DNA of 64,000 nucleotides from Squalus acanthias. Lineage: Eukaryota. Shown here one piece after another: positions 12,443-23,339 of the stretch. The position numbers and the translations under genes were made by a program. The first letter of the stretch is position 1. Every line of letters starts with the position of its first letter. The stretch covers positions 18,912,001 through 18,976,000 of the forward strand of contig CM059432.1 in assembly GCA_030390025.1 (NCBI GenBank), given 5' to 3'. The notes below the pieces were generated by a model. It made no database searches. It was given only the letters and a program-made list of their open reading frames with translations, and was not told where the DNA came from.

Positions 12443-13320
12443 CTTCTCTTTTTCTTAGGCAATCCCTCGGAACCGAGTATAACTTGCTTCCACACTAAAA
12501 ATGAATTCTCAGGTGACTGATGAGTCCAATGCGGGACCTACAGTCTCTGTCACAGGTGGGGCAGACGGTGGTTGAAGGGGTGGGTGGGTGGGGTGCTTGG
12601 GTTGATGTGCGCTCCTTGCGCTTGGCTTCCGCTTGCTCCCGGCGAAGAGACTCGAGGTGTTCGGCACCTTCCCGGATGGTTCTCCTCCACTTTGTGCGGT
12701 CTTGGGCCAGGGATTCCCAGGTGTCGGTGGGGATGTTGCACTTTTTTAAGGAGGCTTTGAAGGTCCTCTACCAACCTGCCACCGCCACACAGTGCTGCTC
12801 CCCGATTATCAAAATCCATGACAAGGCCTTGGACAACGTAGACCACTTTCCATACCTCGGGAGCCTACTGTCAACAAGGGCAGATGTCGATGACGAAGCC
12901 CAAAACCGCCTTCAGTGTGCCAGTGCAGCCTTCGGTCACCTGAGGAAGAGAGCGTTTGAAGACCAGGACCTCAAACCCGGCACTAAGCTCATGGTCTACA
13001 GAGCAGCAGTGATACCCGCCCTCCTGTATGCCTCAGAGACATGGACCATGTACAGCAGGCACCTCAAAGCACTGGAGAGGTACCACCAACGCTGCCTCCG
13101 CAAGATCCTGCAAATCCATTGGCAGGATAGGCGCACCAATGTCAGTGTTCTCGCTAGGGCCAACATCCCCAGCATCGAAGCTTTGACCACGCTCAATCAG
13201 CTCCGATGGACGGGCCAGATCGTCCGCATGCCCGATACGAGACTCCCAAAACAAGCGCTCTACTCGGAGCGCCAACACGACAAGAGAGCCCCAGGTGGGT
13301 AGAGGAAACGCTTCAAGGAC
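12443..13320 (-). mobile_element. RTE (BovB-type) LINE fragment with inverted 5' part; 10-bp TSD ACCTCAATGT
   Basis: TSD at 12433-12442 and 13321-13330. The + part encodes FPYLGS...YRAAVIPALLYASETW...RWTGQIVRMPDTRLPKQALY...RKRFKD. The - part encodes LKASLKKCNIPTDTWESLA plus the 3' tail. Confidence 0.9.
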
Positions 13321-14973
13321 ACCTCAATGTATCAGCTGGCTAAAGGGGTGTCACGGTGTCTAGGAGCAGTTGCAAAGGTAAATGGCATGTTAGGGTACAC
13401 AGCTTGATCCGTAGTATATAAACCCGAGGAACTGTACTGACACTTTTGCAAGCACAGGTGAGACCACAAGAAGAATATTGCATCAGGTGTGGTCAGTATA
13501 TTTAAGAAAAGATACAGAAAGTGGAAGATATTCACAAGATAGGGCTTGGACGTAGAAGGCCCATCGGCTCACAATCTCATCTTTATCAACACTAGTGCCT
13601 TCCCATTAGAGCATTTACCAATTTCTTAAAAGGTTTCAGTGTTCTGGTCTAAACCACCAACCTGTTCTAGCTGTTGATCACCCTCTTTGAGAGGCAACAC
13701 TTCCTGGCATCTATCCCAAACTTATCCTTCACAACCCTGCACCTTTGCCTTTTTATCCTGCTTGTCTTGCCAAAGAAGGGGGACCAAAGATGATTCCAGT
13801 TTGTAGATCATTGAATTATGAAGAGGAACTAAGGGAGCTGACTTTACTTTGGGCAGAATAATGACTATGGGAGATATAAATCATGTCATGATACAGAAAA
13901 GCATCAAACCAGGATAGAAGAACTAGTTTATTAAATGAGGAAACTGTAAGCTACGTGCAGCACGAGGGATAACTCCCTCAGCTGGGAGTCACCCATTTAT
14001 GGAATAGACTGCCACCTGGTGTAGTAAATAATCGCATTGTTGAATCATTCAAAAGGGAATTGAATCAGTTCCTGATTCACCAGGAACAAGTGTTTTGGGG
14101 TAGGATAATGATAAGAAATGGAGAGATTTGGTTCTGAAAAAGGACTTGAGTGAGTCAGATTAACTGTGCAGACTTTCCTTTATCTCGTGTTTTTTGGTTG
14201 CGATAGCTATGTAATATATTTAGGATAATAAAAGCCAAATGGTTCAACTGGAGAACTACTATGCCAGGCAATTGACCAACCGTAATACAGGATTTATTCA
14301 ACTGCGTATTAGAGGAGAATATTTTATTTTGCATGTCTTTCACAATTGTAATTCAATCATGCAGTTATGATACACCAGAATGAGACTCAAAATGAATCTG
14401 GAAGCTGGTTAAACCTGAAGGTATAGAGCATCATACAACAGGCATTGGAGGTTTTATTTCCCTCATCATTGAATAAACTGTTCAGCCGACAGGATCATAA
14501 TTTTACTGCATCTGTTTGTACAGTCTCATTGTATTTCAATAATGTGCATTTTAGTCATCACTATAGCAGGATATAAGCCGAGTGCTAAAATATTATTGCT
14601 TTAAAATTGGTACTAAATTGTGTAAGAGCAAATTAACAGGCACTGGGTAATGCTCTATTTATCAGAAATCTCAGTTGGCTTTCATTAGAATGGTTCCAAT
14701 ATTTCCTAGTCCCTAATCATAAATATCATCTGGAACTAACTGTACTTCCACATTTCTCTCTTTTGGGGGCAGCATTAACTAAACATTTCACCTCAATATT
14801 GTACTAATCTCTCAGCTAGTCAAGTTAAACACGAGGAAACCCTTTACAGTGGAGCAAGTTTTATTTTAATTTCGATTTTACACACTTTTCAGAAAGAATA
14901 TTGCGGTAGCTAGCAACAAGAGATTAAATACATTATTTATTTCGACATTGCTTAACTACTTAGTGTAGGTGTG

Positions 14974-15206
14974 AAATAAAAACAGAAAATGCTGGAAATA
15001 CTCAGCAGGTCAGGCAGCATCTGTGGCGAGAGAAACAGAGTTAACGTTTCAGGTCGATGACCCTTCGTCAGTTCTGACGAAAGGACATCGACCTGAAACG
15101 TTAACTCTGCTTCTCTCTCCACAGATGCCGCCTGACCTGCTGAGTATTTCCAGCATTTACTGTTTTTATTTCAGATTTCCAGCATCCGCAGTATTTTGCT
15201 TTTGTA
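14974..15206 (+). mobile_element. Penelope-type palindromic short retroelement with 14-bp TSD
   Basis: Inverted arms 14974-15071 and 15074-15171 (6 mismatches counted by eye) with a 2-nt loop. TSD TTAGTGTAGGTGTG at 14960-14973 and 15207-15220. Confidence 0.8.
15070..15106 (+). ncRNA. minimal type I hammerhead ribozyme motif (Penelope-like)
   Basis: AGTT-CTGACGA-A-AGGAC-ATC-GACCT-GAAA-CG-TT-AACT: stem I AGTT/AACT, core CUGANGA...GAAA, stem II, a palindromic ACGU stem III with no loop, and a GUU cleavage triplet. A mirror core lies on the - strand at 15039-15071. Confidence 0.6.
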
Positions 15207-15399
15207 TTAGTGTAGGTGTGGTCTTCCTTGTTCTCTGAAGGAAGTTCCACCTCTGTTTATAAATAGGAATTATTGTCATCTCACAGGCAGGGCTGGGTGG
15301 GTAGAGGGGAGTGGGGGAGAGATTGTCCTTGGCAGGAACTTACACTGTTACAATGCTTTGGTGAGCTGATTTGTCCCATTTTGTTCTGCATAGCATCTC

Positions 15400-15840
15400 A
15401 TGATGAACTGCATCCAACAGATGGGGTCAAACTTTTTCTGTCAATCAGAATTGCAACTGGTGCTGACTCTAAATTGAACAGATTAGATAATGCCAATAAC
15501 CAGTTGAAAACTGTAAAGCTGCATTTTCCAATTGGACACAAGGCTGGCCATATGGAGAGTGCAGTGCAGTAATTTCTAGGGTCAGCCTTCTCATAATATT
15601 TTGGGTGAGACATCAGAAACATCCATTGCAAATGTGGGAAATAGCGTGTTACTGCAAGATTTAAATGCCTTACTGGGGCAGTCATCATTTTGACACCTGG
15701 CAGGTCTGAGAAAGAACCAGATTGGCAGATACATCACTGAAATTACTGTTGTCGGAAGAAAGCAGAAGAAGGTGATCCTCTTCTGCACAAAACATCGCAG
15801 ATGCTCTCCTTGCCAGTCTTGCATCCACCACAATCTATAT
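15400..15840 (-). mobile_element. old CR1-group LINE RT fragment
   Basis: Degenerate EKADPRNY resembles the K.DP.NYRP motif. Confidence 0.45.
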
Positions 15841-15914
15841 GAACATAAGAAGAAGAAAGATCTATAAACTATAAAGACCTATAAACCAGAATGATCTATA
15901 AATTATAAATCTAT

Positions 15915-16403
15915 AAACTCCAGTTCATCCAAAGCCCTGTTGCCTGTATCCCACTCACCCATCACTCCTGTCCTCATTGACCTACATTGCCTACTGGCGA
16001 CCAATGCCTCCAATTTAAAATTCTCATCCTCATGTTTAAATCCTTTCATGTCCTCAGTCCTCCTTATCTCTGTAACCTCTTCCGGGCCTACAACCCTTCC
16101 CCAGAACTTCACTCATCGAAATGCAGATAATGTTCAGTATGGTTTAATGTATAGTTTTGTCATCTCCTTTCTATGCTCAGGAAATCCCTCTTTACACCCC
16201 TCCACCTCTCTACCTCCCTCTCCTCCTTTAAGGCCTTCTTTAAAACCTACCTTTTTGACTAAGCTTTTGGTCACCCCCTCCTAATATCTCGGTCTTTGGC
16301 TCAGCATCCATTCATGTCTGATGATATCTTTGTGGAACGCCTTGGGGTGTTTTTCTAGATTAAAGGCACTATATAAATGCAAGTTGTTGTTGTTGTTGTT
16401 ATT
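15915..16403 (+). mobile_element. L2 LINE 3' fragment
   Basis: HSPITPVLIDLH.L, then ggcactatataaatgcaagttgttgttgttg tail; homologous to 61388-63945. Confidence 0.8.
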
Positions 16404-16409
16404 GTTTTG

Positions 16410-16815
16410 GCTATGTAGTTCAACATTCTGTTAGCTTTGTTAATTGCTGCTGTGCATTGGTTGAACATATTGAGAGTTCAATCTCCCAAGACTCCTAGGT
16501 CTCGTTCAACTTTATCATTACTTATTTCAACACCATTCAAGGAATGCATGTATCGCACATTTTTCCTTCCAATGTGCAATACTTCACACTTTTCTGCATT
16601 AAATTTTATCTCAGCTTGTTCTTTGCATTACTATGTCTTGTCATATTGTCATATCTCTCATATTGTAAATTCTGGGCTGCTTTCTTTGACTCCACTGCCC
16701 CTGTTAGTTTGGTATCATTTAGAAATGTTAACAATTTGCATGAAGTTTCTGAATTCAATTCATTGTTTTAAATCAGAAACAATAGTGATCCCAACACCAA
16801 GCACTGGGGCACCCA
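16410..16815 (-). mobile_element. old CR1 fragment
   Basis: caatacttcacacttttctgcattaaatttt resembles 1625-1660 (FN.EKCEV.H on -). Confidence 0.55.
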
Positions 16816-16872
16816 CTCAATATTTCCCCCCCCCCCCACACCACCCCAACCCGATGACACAGAATGCAATGG

Positions 16873-17286
16873 TTAAATGTGAAAGTCCCGCAAAGTCTCC
16901 CTTTCGCATGAATGTCGCTTGCGGTTGGATTTCCCTCCAGGTCCTCTTTTGGGCTGTTGCTGCTGCTCTTTCTGATGCTCTTGCTGCCCACGCGGGACTT
17001 CCTCCTCCAGGACCTTCATGTTGAGGCCACTTTTGAAGGCAATGCTGTGTGGAATGCAGTACACAAGCATAATCCTTGAGACCATCGATGGGCTATACTT
17101 CAGGACAGCTGCAGACATGTCAGTGGTGTGCTCCATTATTACCCTGGTGCAGCAAACAATGCTGTCATGACTTGTTAAATGCATCTGTGCACAGTTGACT
17201 GGCACAACAGGTATTTTAGGGCAGAGAGTTCCAGATTTCCCTACCCTTTGATTTCCCCAAAAAGGCTGTGGAGGTTGGGCCATCAT
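16873..17286 (-). pseudogene. highly degenerate Harbinger transposase C-terminus
   Basis: TRVIMEHTT...VLKYSPSMVSRIMLVYCIPHSIA...GL aligns by eye with TRNIIEQTIG...LQYS...VCCMLHNLA at 3460-3801. Confidence 0.55.
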
Positions 17287-18024
17287 AGCCTAAGGACATC
17301 ACTGCAGTAGTTCCTCAGGGAAGTTCTCCTGTTGATATTAATAAGCGTGACTATTTCCATTGAATCTTAATCTACTGGGCTGAAAAACTCTTCCGCTAAT
17401 TAATATCCTTCAAGGTATTAGTCTGCTCGAGATGAAATGCTGAACATTTGCTGTATAACAGTTGCTGTAATTCTCTGCAGTATAAATTTTAATTATATAG
17501 GATTTAATATTAGTATTTAAAACAGTCCTTTTGATGATTTTTTTTTTTGCTCATCAAGGCAAGGGATCATACTTCTGGAAAATGAAAGGCTTTCCTACTT
17601 CAGGTAACTGGTGCCAGCATCAAGCAGTACAGTCTGGAATGTGCTGTAACGTCAGACTCAGGAGAACGCCTCATGCCACAGCACTGTGGCATTTGTTTCC
17701 CACACCAACTAACTGCACGCCTTCTCCCAGTGAGATTGCCATTTTAGGATCAAAGGAGGCATCATTTATTTTTCTCTGTGAACCTATGCCCATTCGGAAG
17801 CGGGTTGAGACTAGACAAGCTCTTTTCACATCGGACCCTTGCGATCAACAAGGAGGGGCTACCTCACAGGGAGCAAAGCTCTGGTGGATGGAGCCCTGAC
17901 TGTCCTAATAACCATTGTGAATTTAGACCATATTAATTGCACTTATTCCAAATTCCCTAAATGCAGACACTGGTGAGATGCATGGAAATATTTGGAGAGG
18001 AGATATAACATGAAAGCAGAAAAG

Positions 18025-18455
18025 AAAGACTTGTATTTATCTAGCTCCTTTCACAACCTCAGGACCTCCCAAAGCTCTTTACAGCCAATGAAATACTTTT
18101 GAAGTGTAATCACCGTTGCAATGTAGGAAATGCAGCAGCCAATTTGCACACAGCAAGCTCCCACAGAGAGCAATGAAATAAATGACCAGATCATTTGTTT
18201 TAGTGATATAGATTGAGGGATAAATGTCTTGCTCAAATAGTGCCATGAAATCTTTTACATCTACCTGAGAGGGCACTCAGAGCCTCGGTTTAACGTCTCA
18301 TCCAAAAGATGGCTCCTCTGACAGTGCAGCACCCCCTCATTACTGTACTGGATTGTCAGCCTAGACTTTCGTGCTCAAGTCTCTGGAGTGGGACTTGAAT
18401 CTACAACCTTCTGACTCAGAGGTGGGAGTGATACAACTAAGCCGCGACTGACACG
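18025..18455 (-). mobile_element. near full-length Deu-domain SINE (SacSINE1-like) with tRNA-derived head
   Basis: Head gtcgcggcttagttg...agaaggttgtagattcaagtcccactccagaga; Deu body; tail acttcaaaagtatttcattggctgtaaag...tagataaatacaagtctttctt. Confidence 0.85.
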
Positions 18456-18813
18456 TGGCCTCCACCTGCCTCATATATTGCTGCTCTTTACGTAATTCTA
18501 AAGATTTCAAAAGTATTTAAAAAAATAAAAATTGTGAAGACACAAACACCACACATGTTCAAACATTTGGCGTATGCAGTGTTTTTACAAAATGCTTTCT
18601 CCCACTTTCTTTTCAGCACTCTGAAAAGAGGTGCCATATATAATGCAAGTCCAATTGACCTACTTGAAGAGCAGCTGGGACATGAGTATAAGGCTGTGAG
18701 GCAGGCCGACGGGCAAGGGTCTTGTTTGCTCACTGCTTTCACATGGAGCAGTTGCACCAACAGGAGGCAAGGTCTTCAAATTCTATAAGCCTCATCCTGA
18801 ATATAGATACCAT

Positions 18814-19659
18814 GGGGGGTGATTTTGTGAATGGAGGCGCATTGGAGGTGGGACTGCTACTTGTTGGGTTTCAGTCCCCCCTCCATCGAGTTGTGGCCAA
18901 CCCACGCTATTTTCCCTTGATTGACCTTGTTAAGCCCGTCCAGAAGGCTTAGCAGGCCAATTAAGGGAAAGCCAGTTGCAGAGCACATCAACGTATGACG
19001 TGTCATCTGTCAAAAACTTTTGACAGATGAATTGTCATCGTTTGACAGCTCTGTGAAGCTGTCAAACAGTGGCAATCTCTGCAGTTTGATGAGGTCTTGC
19101 ATACAAGACCTCATCAACCTTCTTTCTTTTTCAAAATTGAGATGTTTGTTGCATCTGAGAATGCAACGGACATCTCTCATCTGCAACACGGAGGTGCGAG
19201 ACTCTCCGCATAGAAACTGACTGAAGCCTGCAGGAAGAAACAAAGGTAAGTACACTTTTAAAAACACTTTGCACTTACCTCAGATACTCACCTCTACACT
19301 CTTGCACCCATCACTTACCTTCACACCACACTTTTGCACCCCCCCGACCCCCGCAGACCCAGTACTCGCCTCGCTGAGTTGGCGTGTTTTGGAGCTGTCG
19401 GGAAGCCTGCACTTGTGAGGGCAAAAATGGGATAATCCTATTTTCTGCCTGTTAACTACCTGTTAACAGGCAGTTAATAGGCTTAAATCCCTTCCCACCC
19501 CCAAGGAGACAGGATTTGGTGCGGGATGACAACCCACCTTCTGGGAAGATGGCATGGAGGCGGGTTGGGGGCGGGTTTGCCACCCACCCCCAAATTCTGC
19601 CATTTTACCGGCAGTCCCGCCTCCATACCCGCCTCCCCATGGCTGGCAAAATCGCCCCC
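18814..19659 (+). mobile_element. Harbinger-type MITE family 2, copy A
   Basis: TIR GGGGG(T/C)GATTTTG with a 3-bp TSD (CAT, or ATG in the shifted register). Homologous to 43522-44276 and 48868-49717. Confidence 0.85.
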
Positions 19660-20169
19660 CATGTCTTTGATTTTACCCATTCGAACTGTACCAGGCAAAT
19701 TCAATAGAGAAGCAGAATAATATTCATTGCATTAGGTTTTATTTTTGATATGAAAAATGAATGGAATTCTATCCCCTGAATGCATTAAGTTATTGAATAA
19801 CCCTGCAAGCTCCTGGAAAGCTATTTGCCAATGAACATGAATATAGTCATTAACTAAATCTGTTTTAATTAGTCACTTTAAATGTATTTTTAATTGAATT
19901 TTTAAGTAGTAATTGTTTTTAAACTTGGCTTCATCTCATCATGAGACCCTATTGCAAATTAGTCACTGGGCTAATTCCGGTTCCTTTGGTCCACCCCTAA
20001 GTGGTGTTGTACAATTAAAGATCATATGCTCTGTAAATAACTCAATTATAAGTTCATTATAAGTATCTGTGAGATATAGTGGGCTGCACTGAAGGGATTT
20101 ATTGAAAAGTGATTTTTTTTAAATAAAAAAAGGTTTTTAAAAACTGATTCCTGGATACACTCACTCATA

Positions 20170-20440
20170 TTTGGGCCCAGTTCTACCAGTGCTGATTGCT
20201 CTATAGTGTTGGACCAAAGTCACCATTTCTCATGTGTGAGCCTGAATACTGAGTGTCAGCAGGCTAATCAACTTTAGGGGGCCGATCACAGCAAAACCCG
20301 ATGCTGTCCTTACCTGCTGTCCACATGCACACAATTGAATGCATCCACACACACAAACACACACACACATCCTTGCTTTCCAACTGTAGTCATTGGCTAG
20401 ATATCAGGGGGCATAAATATATTGGCACCCAGCAAATTGA
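20170..20440 (-). mobile_element. old tRNA-derived SINE fragment (second SINE family)
   Basis: Similar to 21600-21870 (+), 38600-38990 (-) and 54990-55320 (-). Confidence 0.5.
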
Positions 20441-21599
20441 GTGCACACTGGGGTTCCACAATGTGACATCCATATCTCTTCGCGTTCAGCTTCACATTAG
20501 AAATAGTGGGTTTTAAACAGTAGCTAATTTTAGACTGTACAGGGTATATCCTGATTTCTGTACCTATCACGATTAGGTTGGAAGTAGTTGCTCCTGTAAC
20601 TGCTCACAGTGCCACTTTTAAGGAGTCCCTTACTTGCCGTCGATCCAGCAAGGTCTCAAGTCCATGCTTGTTTATTGTCTAATGATCCGCTACTGCCTAT
20701 CCTTGGGTGAGAGGTAAGAGAGCTTTCTTAGGAGTTAAGGTGGCTCCAAAATGACACACCTGGATGGAAGATCAGAACTGAGTCAACCTTCTGCGATAGG
20801 CTTGGCAATCCAATATCTGAGCCAGACAGGTCCACAGTACTCCAGGGCACTTGATAATTAGCCAGTTAGTCTGGCTCATTAATGGGACCTAGAAGAATAG
20901 ATCTGTCAAACGGAGCTCAGAGTCTTTGCAGTTGGTTACAGATAACAATGCAAGTCAATGCCCTAAAGGGTAGGGAGGTCCCGGCTGGACAAGCAGCAGG
21001 AAGCTTACCAGTGCTTTGTGTTGGTGGCCAATGTACTTTTAGCTAGTTAAATCCCCTGGACAAATTGGAGGGTCCCTAAAGCGATTTGCGTCTAAGCTCT
21101 CTAGACTGAGGTACATGTGATATATTCCTGTGGGAAGAGAATGTGCGCTCCTTATGGAGCCAACAGAATCTCTGTGGATTTCTCAGCAGCTTAGTTTGGA
21201 GACTCTCAAGGATGACAATAGATTTTCATGTAGGTAAGACATCCAGCTGGCCAAATAAAAAAGGGATAAAAGAGAACAAAGAAAAGGCAAGAGTAAGTAA
21301 CTCTGAAAGTGAACAGTAAGTTAACGCTATTATCTCATTACCTCCCTCCGTCTCCTTTCCTCCCATAATGTCCAGGGTTTTAAAATCCCTCACTCGGCGT
21401 GACTTTTTTGATTTCCTTTTGTCTCCTCTTCCACTCTTTTCTACCCTAATCTTGTCCTGCGCCTTGCGTTCTTGTGACATCACCTGGCTTTCTCAATTAA
21501 AATAAAATGGAGTATACTGAACAAAAGAACACAAAGGATATGAAAGCATCGCAGCAACTATCAGAGAAAAGATACTTTATTGAGAACCTGTCGGACGTT

Positions 21600-21870
21600 T
21601 AAGGCTGGAGGAGAAACATTGGTTCATGATCTCTCACTCCTGATCACCATGCAGTGACTCTTACTGCAAAATGTGCACGCATGAAGTGAGGACAGAATCA
21701 AGTTTAGTGGTTATGGTCCCCAAGGTCAAATAGCCTGCTGGGACTCTTTATCCAGACTTATACAGGAAGAATGGCTACCTGAGCAAGTTACTGGAAGGCA
21801 GCTGGCACCCACAGAACCGTTTCTCAACATCAGGCAACATGGGCAAGGAAGGAAGAGAAGTGCAGGGGAA
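21600..21870 (+). mobile_element. old tRNA-derived SINE fragment (second SINE family)
   Basis: ctcctgatcaccatgcagtgactc...gaggacagaatc...aatagcctgctg...ggcagctggcaccc. Confidence 0.55.
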
Positions 21871-21949
21871 AGAGAAGCTACCTAAGTAAGTATACATATA
21901 CAGAGTAACTCACGCTGTCAAAAACAATAGATAGATAATGGCTCAGAAT

Positions 21950-22405
21950 TGTTGGGAAAATATCGTCGAGTTTAACCCGCACGCTGTTTTTAGTGTGTAA
22001 AGAGCCCAGCAATTTGTGGCGAGGAAGAGATACAGCGTCAGTTCCGAATCGCTGTAAGATTTGGATCACAGGTCACACACAGATTACCCAAAGGGTCTTG
22101 GGAGTTGTAAAGCATTTTATTTCGGAGCAGCAGTTTAAGTTAAGTACATCACGCAATCAAGATAGACACAGTCGACATACGACCGTGACAAGCAGCTGGT
22201 ATCGGTCCCGATCGGACAGACGGCTGGCGTGCGCGAACAGCTCTTCCCTTCCCTTCACCGTCTGTGCTAAAAGCTCTTTCAATATCTCTTTTACTCTCTT
22301 TTTAGGGGTGGGCCTAGGGTAGATTATCAAAGATACAGTCAACAACCTTTCTAGCACACGAACAGCAGACAGCTAGTCTGGAAACAAGATCACCGCCAGG
22401 GTGCA
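21950..22405 (-). mobile_element. solo LTR (456 bp), TSD GAAT
   Basis: TG...CA ends; GAAT at 21946-21949 and 22406-22409; AATAAA on - at 22116-22121; CpG-rich compared with its flanks. Confidence 0.6.
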
Positions 22406-22514
22406 GAATGTTATAACATCCGCAGGGAACCAAGAACATCAGTTATTCTAACACCAGGCTGAAGAGACTTTTTCATCTCAAGTTATTTCTTCCAATTCAC
22501 GATTTCTTACATCC

Positions 22515-23007
22515 TGCCACAAATTGCTGGATGATTTGCGCCACTCCGCCATTAGCCGGAAACGAGAGCTCGCCATCAACCTCCCCGTTAGTTTCAAGAA
22601 CTGCTGCATTTGCACTGTTAAAATGAATTAAACCCACTTCAAAAGTACTTCATTGGCTGTAAAGCGCTTTGAGACGTCCGGTGGTCGTGAAAGGCGCTAT
22701 AGAAATGCAAGTCTTTCTTCTTTATTTCTCTTCCTGCATCTAATTGGACTCTAATTCACCTTATTTCCTTCTCCGCCGTTCCTCTGCCTCTTTCTCTATC
22801 CTTAAATCTCATTGGTTAATGAGATACACTGTTGGTCCAGTCATTCACTAAGGTCCCAGATGCCCTGTTACCCTCGCTGCACGTTATCAAGTTGCACTTC
22901 CAGCAATTTACAGCGCAAACATTTTCCGAACTGAAGGGTGAGGAGAAAAATAAAATCACACAAACGGGGCCCGCTGTAAGATGCCCCACCCCAGCAAATT
23001 CTGGGCC
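22515..23007. mobile_element. Harbinger-type MITE remnant carrying a Deu-SINE tail (22635-22715)
   Basis: Terminus ccagcaaattctgggcc; partial left end aaattgctgg; inserted acttcaaaagtacttcattggctgtaaagcgc...gctatagaaatgcaagtc. Confidence 0.55.
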
Positions 23008-23073
23008 AATCTCTTCTACATTTTATATATAAGCCTAGAAATTAAACTTTCTGATCTTCGAATATAAACGCGT

Positions 23074-23319
23074 TGTTGAGGCTGCCGCGAAACACGAATG
23101 GAGGCTGAATCCATATGTGGGAAACAAGAAGCTTTTATTCACTGCATGGCAAAACAAAATGTCTGAGAAAGCTGCTCCCAGAATTCTCTGGGTAAACTCC
23201 CAGAATTCTCTGGGTGAAACCTGAGGCCCCGCCCCCTTCTGCCTTAAAGGGAAGGGGCTGGAAATTTGTCCACAGACGGAAGAGTGGATTATGCCCGTTT
23301 TAGGTGGCGATCCGCCACA
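23074..23319 (-). repeat. 3' LTR (246 bp)
   Basis: TGTGGCGG...CTCAACA; AATAAA on - at ~23134-23139; internal 19-bp direct repeat CTCCCAGAATTCTCTGGGT. Confidence 0.9.
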
Positions 23320-23339
23320 CAGCTCCCCCCAGAATCCGC

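Noticed and set aside
12520..13302. 260-aa intact protein
   Set aside because: Fusion of antisense RTE 3' sequence and the inverted RT fragment across the inversion junction.
18618..18770. plus-strand coding exon after a strong polypyrimidine acceptor
   Set aside because: No convincing donor and no recognisable protein similarity.
20560..21240. possible ancient DIRS or other retroelement remnant
   Set aside because: No motif could be read with confidence; it would need a translated HMM search.
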